Made by a program: the position numbers and the translations under genes. Shown here piece after piece: positions 1 through 12,408 of a DNA stretch of 64,000 nucleotides. The first letter of the stretch is position 1; the number at the start of each line of letters is the position of its first letter. The notes below the pieces were generated by a model. The model saw nothing but the letters and a program-made list of their open reading frames with translations. It searched no databases and was not told the origin of the DNA. The DNA is from Squalus acanthias (taxonomy: Eukaryota), in assembly GCA_030390025.1 (NCBI GenBank), contig CM059432.1, forward strand, positions 80,540,001-80,604,000, written 5' to 3'.

Positions 1-1509
1 TAAAGAACGTGGCATTACACTAATGGATGTTGTGCTCTGAGAGTGCTTGCACAGGCCCCTCTTCAGTTTATGCCACGCTGCCTCCTCTGACGATCTCCGA
101 AAGCTGGGGCCTAACAGATGGCTGCAGCATCTGGTGTTACCAGAGAGCAAATGATGGGAAAAACAGTGTTTTCCTCATTTGCACATCTTTACCATGCACC
201 AACCTACATATGGGTAGGTGCAGGTTCCCCTGAAAGGACAGGGCACTTTATTGGTGGGCAGCCATCCCCGAATTCCATCTCTGCCTGCCCCAGATCTGTT
301 GATAAATTGGGTATGGAAGTCCGAAAGTCTAGGTCATAATTTGTATATGCCAACACTCGAAACATTTTGAACAAAGAACACCCATCAGGGGCTCACAAGC
401 TGGTTTCAGAGATTCTGCAAAGCCAGCTAATTAAGGAGCTGTATGGAAATTATTAAACTGCAAATTAATGCGGATTAGAACATTGTTGTCAACTGACTCC
501 ATTGTTTTTGGTACCTCAGCCATTCGTTCTAGTGCAGTTCTAGTAGTGAAAGCTATTTAGAGAAGGAGAAAGAAACAGAGGGGAACTTTTATGACAAAGA
601 CAGAATTCTGTGCCAGTTTCACAGTCAAAATCACTGAGCACTTGGGGCCCTGCAAGTAACTTACTGTTGCATATGTTATGTGCTTTGTGATAACATAGAA
701 ACAATCTCAGGCTACACAGCAGCAATGGTAGGAGATTTCTTCATGATTAAACCAAAGTTAATTAGTTTAACCCCTTAGTGATCTGCAGTGTTCCCTAAAA
801 AGGTCTGCTTACAGCACTTGCCTGATTATCGGTATATATTGTTTCAATTGTTGTTTGAATTTCTCTCCCCAATATATGAAATGTTTCCATTGAATTTGAA
901 TCTTTTTCATACACAAATTTCATCCCAGAATACATTTCGGATGTGAAGCTCTTCTCTTTTATTTGTTGTTTGCTGCACAAATGATACCCACACTGTGGAG
1001 AAAGCTGTTCTGCAAGCAAAGTGAAGATTTATGCCATGGAATTCATTCCTCTTAATGAATTGTTCTTTTCCAAAGTACAATACAGTATCCTCTGATGCAT
1101 GTGCAAACAAGGATTGCAGTTTTCAGGGGAGACTAGATCATTTCAGTCGCATTTTTTTAATTAGTAAAGACAGACTATTATGTTTGGGGTGGGGTGGGGC
1201 GGGTGGTTCACACCAAAAGTCTACTTACAAGGTTTGCAGACTTTCTTCACTCTGGTAAAGTGCTGAGCATCTAAAAATTTCTTTATTTAAAATGGAATTT
1301 TCTGGCGCCCTAATGATTAATTTAGATCATGTCTGTAGACACTGGATCCTGGTCTTTTTGACTCATTTTAGATATTTTCTAAATGCCTGTTCGACTTAAA
1401 ATCTTAAAAGTATACACTTATGTGATTGTAATTTGTAGTGAATGTTTGCCTGTGATGGATACCATTACTATAAATAGTTATCAACAATGCCCTGTGACTC
1501 CAAATAATT

Positions 1510-2770
1510 GCATTGACCAGTATGTTCTTGGCTTAACTAGGAAGGAGGCATTGCTGGATCTGATGCTGGGGAATGAGGTGGGCCAGGTCGACCAAGTGTC
1601 TGTGGGAGAACACATGGGTACGAGTGATCATCGTATCATAAGATTTAGATTAACAATGGAGAGGAGCAAGGAACAATCTAGAGTGGAACTTCTAAACTGG
1701 AATAGGGCTAACTTCAATGGGATGCGAAAGGATCTAGCCAGGGTAAAATGGAACCAAAGACTGACAGGAAAAACTGTAATGGAACAATGGGTGATCTTTA
1801 AGGAGGAGATGTTCCAAGTACAGGCTAGGTACATTCCAACAAGAGGGAAGGGTAAGGGAACCAAAGCAAGGGCTCCTTGGATGACGGGGGAGATAGAGAA
1901 GATGATGAAACAAAAAAAAAGGGTGTATGATGCATGTCAGGTGAATTCTTCAAGGGAGAACCAGACCAAATACAATAAGTTGAGAGGGGAAGTGAAGATG
2001 AAAATAAGATTGGCAAAGAGAGAATGAGAGTAGAATGGCTGTTAACATAAAAGGGAACCCAAAAATCTTCTACCGGCATGTAAACAGTAAACGGGTAGTA
2101 AGAGGCGGGGTGGGGCCTATTAGGGACAAAGAAGGTGATATATGCTTAGAGGCGCAGGGCAAGGCTAGAATACTCAATGAGTACTTTGTATCGGTGTTTA
2201 CTAAGGAGGTGGATGCTGACAAAATATCGGTAGCAGTGGAAAAGGTAGAAGCAATGGAAGGGGTGAAAATTGATAGGCAGGATGTACTAGAAAGGCTGAG
2301 TATGCTTAGAGTGGATAAGTCGCCTGGCCCAGATGGCTTGCATCCCAGATTGCTAAGGGAATTGGGGGAGGAGATAGTGGAAGGGCTTGCCATAATTTTC
2401 CAATCTTCCCTAGATGCAGGGGAGGTGCCTGAAGATTGGAAAGTGACAAATGTGACACCATTGTTCAAAAAGGGTGTAAGGACAATCCTAGTAACTATAG
2501 GCCAGTCAGTTTAACATCAGTGGTGGGTAAAGTTTTAGAAACAATAATCAAGGAAAAAATTAACGGGCACTTGGAGAGGTTTAAGCCTATTAAGGAGAGC
2601 CAACACGGTAGTGGTAGTGGTAGTAGATAATGATGACAAATTTAAGAGGAAACTGAATAGATATTTAACAATGTAAGCAATTGCAGGATGTGAGAGATGG
2701 ATGCCATTTTTTGAATGGTGGAAATAGCCTGCAATGGTCTTTTCCAGACCTGGACATTCCTATGTTCATA
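1510..2770 (+). mobile_element. CR1-clade LINE ORF2 fragment (endonuclease end, linker, RT start), joined to a CR1 3'-end remnant
   Basis: Motifs LLDLMLGN, SDH, KSPGPDGLHPRLL, VPEDWKVTNVTPLFKKG, NYRPVSLTSVVGK and SQHG. A stop at 2025-2027 and a frameshift near 2470. Confidence 0.92.
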
Positions 2771-3289
2771 ATACTTAGATCGCAGTGCTATTACCTTGGA
2801 AGGCAAGATTGGAGAGCCTCCTAGTATTTGTGTGGTACCACATTAGTACTGCCTTACCCCTTCCTTAACAGTATTATTAATGTTAACTGTAAAATGATCA
2901 TCTGCTATACACAGCAGGTACTTATCATCCTTTCTAGTTCTGTTATCTGTTTTGAAGTTATCATTTGCGTATGCAAATTTGATAATTTATTAAGCATGAA
3001 TAACTAATATATTCTGAGAAGTCTATTATTTTTATTACTTCTAATGGAAGTATTGAAGTTGATGCTACATTCTCTTTCGTGCCCCTGTTTTGTCCTGTTG
3101 TCTAGGCAAAGTGAACAGAGTGTTTACTGCATCTATTTCATGAGTGCAAAATCTCCCCTTTTAAAATGGGTTGCTAAGCTTGCTCAATGGTTCAATTGGT
3201 AAGGGCACCATGTAATTGAGTGATTCAGACCAGCAGGTCCCAGCTTTAATTCCTAATCTGTGCTGAGTTATTTGAGCTGGTGTATGATG

Positions 3290-3600
3290 TGGGTGCTGAT
3301 GGTGGTTTTGAAAGTGAGAGGGGCAGTATCTGAGGAGAGGGACTGTCATCTAGCATGGTAGCTAGGAAGGGAAGTTGGGTGGTTAGCAGTTTAATGGGAA
3401 TAGGGTCAAGGGAGAAGGAAGTGGGTCTCACGGACAAGATGAGCTTGAGGTTATGAGGGGAGCTAAGAGAGAAAGTGGGTAAAGATATGGGTTCAGGGCT
3501 AAGACGGGGAGAGCCTGGCAACAGGGGAAGGGAGGAAGCATTAGAAGCAGCTGAATGGATGGTCTCAATTGTAGTGACAAAGAAGTCCATGAGTTTATTT
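3290..3600 (-). mobile_element. L2-clade LINE ORF2 fragment
   Basis: Minus-strand peptide PTSFSLDPIPIKLL resembles the L2 pre-RT motif. Confidence 0.75.
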
Positions 3601-4235
3601 AAAGGGATCATACACTCAAGTACCAGTTTAGTTTTCCATGCATTCTACATTGTGGTTTGGAATAGATGCATTAATGAAATAGATGTTTTGTTTGTCAAGA
3701 GAGTGCCCCATGAGGAATTTCTGTTGTAATATGTTATGCTTGATGAAAATGGGCAAAAGCTCCAACATCTTGTATTTAAATCAAAAGCTCTTCTTAACTG
3801 AAACTCTGAAATATTTTGGAATCTCTCATGTCTTAGAAATAGTTACGTTGGCTTTGTGTTGCTCTTCTTCTAACGGAATACTGATAAATAGTTTAGACAA
3901 TTGTCATTGCATTAAAACCCTTGCCTAAGCCAAGAAACAATCTTTAGAAGTTATTTTGTCAACCAGTTAATAATTCAACTGAAAGGGAAATTGTTGAATC
4001 ATTCCCTTACTTTGCTCTCAGGATTGGAAGACTTCCCCATCTGGGGTTTTTGCTGAAGTTATGGCAGGAGATCGGGAGAACTACCATTCAAGTTCAACCC
4101 CTATATATTTGTGCAGTCTTTGTTGAGCCAACTATTACTAAACATTTGTCAGATTGAAGTTTATATCTGTAGCATAGGCCATGTCGAGTTTTCGTGTATA
4201 ACTATACTGTTAACTGATATGATTCTCATATACAG

Positions 4236-4311
4236 GGATAAAGACTACCATCTGAGAACTTATAAGTCAGTAGTCATGGCAAACAAGTTGACAGACTGGC
4301 TAGTTGCACAG
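4236..4311 (+). CDS. PREX2: PREX2 internal exon (DEP2 start): (R)[25 protein letters not shown]
   Basis: tacag|G acceptor and CAG|gtaaag donor. 76 nt, phase 2 in and phase 0 out. Peptide matches the vertebrate P-Rex2 second DEP domain as recalled. Confidence 0.95.
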
Positions 4312-4898
4312 GTAAAGTAAGAACACATTTTTTTGTGTAACTCTGATAATATCATTAATCTGATTGGGTGGTTTGAAGCATCTTAAATAAAGAAATCTGT
4401 CACTGAAGCTGCTGTTCCTTTAATTGGAAATATATTGGAAGTATCGGAAGGGATATTATTTAAAGGATACACAATGGGGCTGCTGAAAAATCAACCAAAG
4501 TGACATTTGCTGCATAAATCAAGGATTTGTGAATTATGTGGTCTAATTCACAAAGCTGGAATCATGTATCTCATTTATGCTGCTCATCCTTTTTTTTTAG
4601 GGATTTGAGTTACAAGGTAGGATTTAGCAAGGGGATGTATGTTAATAAGCCAGAATGCTTGGGCCTGGAGCCAAAGGGAATAGAATCAGGAGAACAAGGG
4701 AGTAAGGATTCGGGATGACAAACAGATGAAATCAGGATTGTATACAGGGTAGGGGTGTGAGTCAGGAAGCCAAGGAGAATGATGTTTAGGTCAAGTGGGT
4801 TGCGTCTGGAATAAGCAGGAATAAGGGATGGTGCTGAGGACCAATAGAGTTTCAGACTAATGTAAACAATGAATTGAGAAGAGAGAATAGACATTTGC

Positions 4899-5614
4899 CA
4901 GGCAATGACCATCTCCACTTGACAGTCAACAGGATTACCATCACCAAATCCCCCACCATCAACATCCTGGGGGTGACCATTGACCAGAAACTTAACTGGA
5001 CCAGCCACATAAATACTGTGGCTACAAGAGCAGGTCAGAGTCTGGGTATTCTGTGATGAATGACACCCTCTGACTCCCCAAAGCCTTTCCACCATCTACA
5101 AGGTATAAAGTCAGGAATGTGATGGAATATTTTCCACTTGGCTGGATGAGTGCAGCTCCAACAACACTCAAGAAGCTCAACACTAGCCAAGGGCAAAGCA
5201 GCCTGCTTGATTGGCACCCCATCCACCACCTTAAACATTCACTCCCTCCACCACCAGCATTTACAAGATGCACTGCAGCAACTCGCCAAGGCTTCTTCGA
5301 TAGCACCTCCCAACCCGCTACGACTACCACCTAGAAAGACAAAGGCAGCAGGCGCATAGGAACACCACCACCTCCAAGTTCCCCTCCAAGTCACACATCA
5401 TCCTATCTTGGTAATATATTGCCGATCCTTCATCGTTGCTGGGTCAAAATCCTGGAACTCCCTCCCTAACAGCACTGTGGGAACACCTTCACCACACGGA
5501 CTGCAGCGGTTCAAGAAGGCGGCTCACCACCACCTTCTCGTGGCCAATTAGGGATGGGCAATAAATGCTGGCTTTGCCAGCGACGCCCACATCCCATGAA
5601 TGAATTAAAAAAAA
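4899..5614 (+). mobile_element. CR1-group (Zenon-like) LINE 3' end
   Basis: ILGVTIDQKLNWTSHI, MEYFPLGWMSAAPTTLKKL, and a 3' tail ending cccatgaatgaattaaaaaaa. Same family as 26214-26835 and 58820-59930. Confidence 0.85.
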
Positions 5615-6841
5615 GACATGTCAGGTAATGGAAGTGAAATTAGTATCTAAGGTAGTTAAAGCCTCTTTAGGCAATAGTTAAACACTGCTTTAAGTAAACT
5701 ATCTTATACTGTTACAGCATAGTTAAGAAATTTCTTTTTTAAAATAAAAATATTAAATATGATAGCACTCTTTCCTTTGCAAGCCCTTGAATTAAAATAC
5801 ACAAACAAAATAACTTGTACAACGTCCTACTTTTCATTTTATAACTGAAGCTTTTAATATTTCCTATGTAAATATTTTTAAAAGTGGCCTTATTGTAAGC
5901 TCCTTAAAAGCTGATTATGAAGTAACCTTGATGGCATCTCTGGAGCTGACTCTCCCACTTTGTGCGAGAAGGAGTGCATCATGTATCTGCTGAATTTTAA
6001 TATTGAATTGCCAAAAATGTTCGGAGATCGTACTGACCCTCCATTCATTAATTTGTGATTAACTTTGACCCAGTTTGTAGTTTAATTTATAAACATTTGA
6101 TACTTTTAAGTATCTAATATCCTTTACAAGATTCAAAATGTGTCCAATTTTTTTTTTATCAGTGAAGAACATCTACAGAAATATATATTTTTCTCTTTCG
6201 TTTTTTCTTTAATATTTTTCCTGAATTTTTGTGCTCATCAAGGTGTCAGAGTGGGAAATTAAGCACATTTCTATTTTAAGCAGCCACTGTCAGTATCCGG
6301 CACTCTGAGGTTGAGTATAGATTGGACCTGATGCAGATTAAAGTTATGACAATGTGCCCTAATCTCAGTCTAAGAAGAGCAGCTCCAGTTGTGTCATTAT
6401 TTTTTACTTCTGGCACCAGCTGTGTTCATTGCCTCTCAGAGTGAGATTGCTGTTACACCTTTTATTTATTTTTTCCCCAAATTCCTCCCCTTACTACAGA
6501 AGGCAATAATTCTTTCTGGGTACCACTGATACCTCAAATAAGTTACTTCCTTCTCTTGTAATAATAAACAGTGAGTATCATTGGGGCCTTGGACTATGGA
6601 GGCTGTGACACCCCTGTCTGATTCAGGACTCGCCAATAAATCACACAGGTGCACTTCAGGGAAGGGTCATGGAGTAGTAGTTAGGAATAGGACCTGTGTC
6701 TTACTAGTCCAGAGATACTGAATCGAATTGTGGCCCTTTTTGCTATCTCCCTGGCTGACATTGGTTAACTCAAAAACAGCTGAGGGATTAAACTTGAGAT
6801 CTTCTTGATCTGTGTGGCTCAGTATGACATCAAGTGTTGTA

Positions 6842-7115
6842 AACATAGAAACATAGAATCTAGGAGCAGGAGTAGGCCATTCGGCCCGTCGAGCCTGCTC
6901 CGCCATTCAATACGATCATGGCTGATCATCCAAATCCAGTACCCTGTCCCTGCTTTAATCCCCACAGTACACATATCCCACCCTACCCCCGTAACCCCAC
7001 GTATTTAATTCCCCCTAACATATCCCATCCTATCCCCATAACCCCACATATTTAATCCCCCCTAACACTAAGGGTCAATTTATCATAGCCAAATCAACCT
7101 AACCCACACATTTGT
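6842..7115 (-). mobile_element. HE1/V-SINE-like fragment with a CR1-derived 3' tail
   Basis: CR1-type tail (reverse strand of acatagaaacataga...ggccattcggccc) joined to a V-domain-like sequence (aagggtcaatttatcatagccaaatcaacctaaccc). Internal ~45-bp tandem duplication at 6971-7066. Confidence 0.6.
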
Positions 7116-7139
7116 ACTTCCTCATTGAAGCAAGGCAAG

Positions 7140-7567
7140 AGGACAGATTGAGGAGACGAGGCCTATATTCCCTAGAATTTAGAAGAATGAGAGGTGGTCT
7201 CATTGAAACATATAAAATTCTTACAGGGCTCGACAGGGTAGATGCTGGAAGGATGTTTCCCCTGGCTGGGGTCCCAGTCCCAGAATAAGGGGTCGGTCAT
7301 TTAGGACTGAGATGAGGAGAAATTTCTTCACTCAAAGGGTTGTGAATCTTTGGAATTCTGTACCCCAGAGGGCTGTGGATGCTCACTCATTGAGTACATT
7401 CAAGAGAGAGAGCGATGGATTTTTGGAATTTAAGGGAATCAAGGGATATGGGGATAGTGCGGGAAGGTGGAGTTGAGGTAGAAGATCAGCCATGATCTTA
7501 CTGAATGGCAGAGGAGGCTCGAAGGGCCAAATGTTCTACTCCTGCTCCTATTTCTGATGTTCTTATA
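7140..7567 (+). mobile_element. CR1 LINE 3' end
   Basis: LEFRRMRG-LIETYKIL coding end followed by the 3' UTR gatcagccatgatct...ctcctgctcctatttctgatgttctta. Confidence 0.9.
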
Positions 7568-8236
7568 AGAGCTATGAGACTGGCAACTTATTGCTGGTTT
7601 GTGTTAAATTCTGGGCATTCTTGTGCTGTGGGGCAATGTTCACTGGGAACTAGGTTGAAAGTTTCCAAATTCTCCTGGGACCTTTAAGCTGTCAGAGAGA
7701 CATGACTTTCATCTGATCAGTCTAGACTGGATTCAAACTAGGAGGGGAAAGGACAGAGGTACTAAACCACCACACCAGCCAGTCCCTTTGGAAAAGTACT
7801 GTACTTCTATTACTGACTATTTTCAGCAAAATCTTAAAATAAAAAAATATCTCAAATTAAGGTAGTTTCTGACTAAATGCTTTTTATGTTTATGCAAAAA
7901 TAATACTGTTTACTTCAAAGGATGAAAAGATAAATACGTTGCTGCTTACAAGGGTCATTTCTTGGTTCTACGCTCCCAGTAGGGAGCCATGCTCCCAGGA
8001 ATCATGGGGCGGAGAATCAAGGCTACAACACGCCCTATCTCGGACCCATGCTACCTTTAAGTAAGGCTTTACCCACTGGCAGTGCAGGATTATGGAATTA
8101 CCCCTTATATTACATTTAAAATGTTTCTAATATAACTGCCTTTATGAACAAGATAATGAAAGAACTCAAACAGGAATTGGTAGTTAATCGTGTTATTAGA
8201 ACATGCAATGTAGAATGTCTATTACTTTGTCACCAG

Positions 8237-8309
8237 GGGGACTGTAGAACCAGAGAGGAAGCAATAATCCTGGGTGTGGAACTGTGTGACAATGGTTTTA
8301 TGCACCACG
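8237..8309 (+). CDS. PREX2: PREX2 internal exon (DEP2): [24 protein letters not shown]
   Basis: caccag|GGG acceptor and G|gtaagg donor. 73 nt, phase 0 to 1. DEP-domain motif. Confidence 0.96.
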
Positions 8310-8759
8310 GTAAGGTTAAATTCAGTGCATTATTCAAGCATCCTTCTGACATCAGCTCTTCTTAGAACGGTAAATGGTACAAATTTATGTTGTTGAATCT
8401 CCGTGCTGCTACACGCTAACTATGCTGTGACTTTTTAAGTTTAAATGATTTTTTCTGACTCTTCTGTTAACTGCAATTTTACATGCATACCATTCCCATG
8501 TCCCATATTGTTGCAATGAACCTCACCTTTTATTTCATAAACATAGTAGGAAACTATCTCGCCTAATAAATGATTACTATCTAATTTAAGGTACTGTGGT
8601 AAAAGAGAATAGACACCCTATAGTCACTGAACATCACTGACTGTAGCGTTTAACTTTTATTTCTTTAAGGTAAATAAAGGCCAACTGCTACAGTAGATAA
8701 AATACTTTGAATTGTGCTTGAGATTTATATGGTACTTTACATCTTGTTTTTCCTTATAG

Positions 8760-8902
8760 TACTGGAAAAGAGTGAATTTAAGGATGAACCCCTTTTATTC
8801 CGTTTTTTTGCTGATGAGGAAATCGAAGGCTCGAACTTAAGGCAGAGGCACATGCGACATGACTTGAAAATAGTTGAAAATGTCATAGCCAAGTCATTGT
8901 TG
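8760..8902 (+). CDS. PREX2: PREX2 internal exon (DEP2 end and linker): [48 protein letters not shown]
   Basis: ttatag|T acceptor after a pyrimidine tract and TTG|gtaagt donor. 143 nt, phase 1 to 0. Confidence 0.97.
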
Positions 8903-10599
8903 GTAAGTAGCATTGATTCATGTAATGGGAAATGGTTTTAAAAAGCAGGTACTTGGATGACAAATATGAGCTTTCAAAGTAGAAACAATAGTTATTTTGA
9001 TATGTAAATAAAAGAAAATATGTGTCTTCCCTCAAGGATACATTCCAATTGCATATAAACTCCTTAGTTACAATACTCAAAATATTTATAAGTTATTTGC
9101 AAGTGGATTTCTGCAAATATAATTTTTTTTAAATGAACATGCATTCCGAGTAGAAATTACTATTGGCCTGTGCATTTACTTTAACATTTTAAGATTGGTG
9201 TTATTAAATTAACCTGGAATGTGTATTGATGTAAAATGGGGTAAATTAATTAAAATGAATAGATTTAGAAAATATAAGAAAAAAAATGTTGAAACTCCGA
9301 TGAGTTTGAATGTGATGAATACTGTCTTTCAGCTCAATCTTGCCTCCTTTCAGGATATCCAAGGTGTCTACCTTGGCTCTGTGGTAGCACTCACCTCTGA
9401 TTCAGAAGGTTGTGGGTTGAAGCCTCACTCCAGAAATGCTAAAAGTTTGCCACAACTGACACTAGACTAACTATTCTATAGTTACCTGCTCTGCTCCCTT
9501 TTTGAATGGAGTTGTTAGGCTGGCTACCTTCCAGTCCAGCAGAACAATTTTCATATCTAAGGAGATAAAAAAATTATGATCAAAGCCACTGCTATCTCTT
9601 CTCTGACTTCCCCTCATCTGCAAAACCCTGACCTGCGATAGCTCCGGGGATTACAAGGGCAGCTCAGTGGTGCCAGCCTCAGTGCGAACTGATTCAGTCC
9701 GCCCTTCTCAGATGGAGCAGTGTCTTGCCGCTCTGCCTGGGGTCTAGCCGAGGTCCAACTGGTCTAAAGAATATATTTTTTAAAGCCTTTGGCTCTCACT
9801 CTGGTGCTGGATGAAGTAAGCAATCCCCTCCGGGATCGGTAACCTTGTTCTAGGAAAGATTTGGGGTCTTCAGGAGGCCTCTAGAGACTGATCAGGTTCT
9901 GGCCCATATTGTGGCCTCCTGGGTAGAAATCAGACTTATACCATTTCCCAACCCAGGGATTTTGGGTCCTATGAGTATCACACGATTAGCATTGCCTTCT
10001 AATCTGATAACAGGCATGCTGCGCTATAGTTAACAAGCAAATTACAGCAAGGTGGGATTTAAAAAAAACCTGAACTAATTGATTTGGAGGCATTCTATTA
10101 TTCATGACCTTTTTCCATGTAATTTCTCTTCTTCCTTTACTAATAGGTTGTTCTGTTTTAAGATTGCTGACATACACCAAGATCATCAGGATATACAAAC
10201 TAAATAACAATAGTTGCACATATAAAGTAATTGATTGTGTGAACTGTTGGGAGCTGTTTTGAGAATGTACTAGTAAAGTGCAAAGATTCTTTAAAAATAA
10301 CGAAGCATTGCTAGATCTCAACAGTTAGCTTTGGGAAACCCTGAGTTGTTACCGGTGGAAGTGATCTACTTATGCAATCTGCAGCCTGGAGAACCTACTT
10401 AGAGTAATATCGGGACTTAGAAATGATCGTTTTGAAACCTTTGTTTGCTTTGGTGATATACAGAGGTGGACTTGCATCTGTATATCAGGCCTCGGAAATT
10501 TTCACCCCCACCCAGAATAATGAATTCTTATGGGGCTTTCTCGATGGGGATTTCTTTGTTTGCCATATTAATGGAGGAGGAGGCAAACAGAAGGAAGGA

Positions 10600-11372
10600 A
10601 AAGAGAGTGAGTACCATCTGAGGAGGATGCAGTCCACTAGATATTACCCCAATAAAGATTCGCTAGGCCAGGCAGATCATATCAAGATCTGAGCGAGAAG
10701 CTCTGTATGAGAAGATTGAAGAACACAAAAGAAACTATAGCTAAGCTTTGCCAGCTTATGCGAGAAGAAGTGCTTGAACAGCTTTGCCAGTGGCTGTGAA
10801 AGGACACTATCTAGATCATTGATTTTTGCCTCCAGCTCGTTTTAAGCAGCAAGGGTGACCTTTGCAACATCATCCAGGATACCGTCCAGACATGCATCTG
10901 TCAGGCCATGGACACAATCTTCAGAAGAGCTGGTGAATTCGTACAGTTTGGGATGACTGCAAGGCAGCAGCATGATATGGTTATACACTTTATTATGTTG
11001 CTGGTTTCCCCAAAGTTCGGGATGTAATAGATGGTACCCACATTGCACTGTGAGCTCCAGAAGTCAGCCCTTTCAACTTTCTAAACAGAAAGAGATACCA
11101 TGAATTCTGCATGTAAATGTGAAATTTGCAAGCAGTTGTCACCTCCCTTGTGCTGAGGAATTCCAGTCTCCCTGAGGAGAAGAGTGGGAAGAAAGTTGTG
11201 CCTGGATCAGGGCCCCTCTGTGAGTGATAAGAACAGAAAGCGAAGTCCCATTCATCACCTTGAGTGGTCATTGAGAGAACTATAGGAGCTCAGAAGGGTT
11301 TGCTGGACAGATCAGGATGAAGACTGTAATGTCTCTTGCACAGTGGTAGCTTGCTGTGCTACTCACAATTCA
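10600..11372 (+). pseudogene. Highly decayed PIF/Harbinger transposase relic
   Basis: Broken-frame motifs collinear with the 30473 transposase: SYQDLSEKLCMRRL, LPVAVK, GDLCNI, AGFP..VIDGTHIAL, FLNRK, VVACCATHN. Confidence 0.75.
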
Positions 11373-12408
11373 GAAAAACCTGGATGTGCAGGTGGCCCTA
11401 GTTGTTTTGGAGACAGAGGAGCTTTAAATAAACCTCCTGAGGTCCATCACTTGGAGGATTCTTCATTGTTGGTTGCAAAGGGGATTCATATGCAGATGAT
11501 AATTGATGCATTTCTCATATGTTTAAATATCTTCCTTTGCCACCATTACCATTACTACATTTTCGCTGTGTTTAGGACAAATCATTCAATACAGAAAACA
11601 GCTTACAGCTTCACTGCATGGTGTATCTCCTAGCCCCTTCCAGATCCTTCAAGGAATCTCTACGAATAATTGACAAAAAGTGACTTAATTTTTTTGCCTG
11701 ATCAGGTGACTATTCGAAGAACAACGTGGAGTTCTCCCTCAAATAATGCCCCCCCCCCCCCCCCAAAAAAAAATCCTAGATTGACTACTTAGCCATCGCA
11801 TTGCTGGCAAGAAACTTTTTGACCTAGATTTACCTAGGGACTTGCGCTGTTGCTATGTCGTAGGGACCCTTGAATGGCACAAAAGAGAAAATTATGGAGT
11901 AAGTGATTTATGCCAGTAATTGTGCCACTCCATATTTTTCTGGGCCTTTTGCAAAGCTCAGCCATTACCCTCACTGTAAACAGTCAGAAGGTAATTATCA
12001 TAGCTCTGCCCCGATTAAAATCAATGGCTATCTCTATTTTCCTGCAAAAGCCAGTTTTCACGCTGCTTCCACTTAGACTTAACAACAATGGCCTGGCAGC
12101 AGTGTGATTTATTAATTCAAGATCAGTAAATGGAAAATGGAGAGACAAAATCAAATTATATTCCACAGTGTTATTTATCCTTTAAAGGAAAGGACTTGCA
12201 TGTATGTATATAGCACCTTTCAGGATGTCCTAAAGTGCTTTACAGCTAATAAAGTACTATTAGCTGTAGTACTCAAAAGTTTGTTGCAATATTTTTGTGA
12301 TGGTGACTATCCTGGCAATGTTTCATTTGTATCAAATCACAATGTAACCAAGGCAGCTTTTATCATTCGTTTAATTTGTTTATTTAGTCAAGTCAATTAT
12401 TTTTCTTA

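Noticed and set aside
3106..3145. Possible extra PREX2 exon after tgtctag
   Set aside because: No frame resembles the expected preceding P-Rex2 peptide. The previous exon probably lies upstream of the window.
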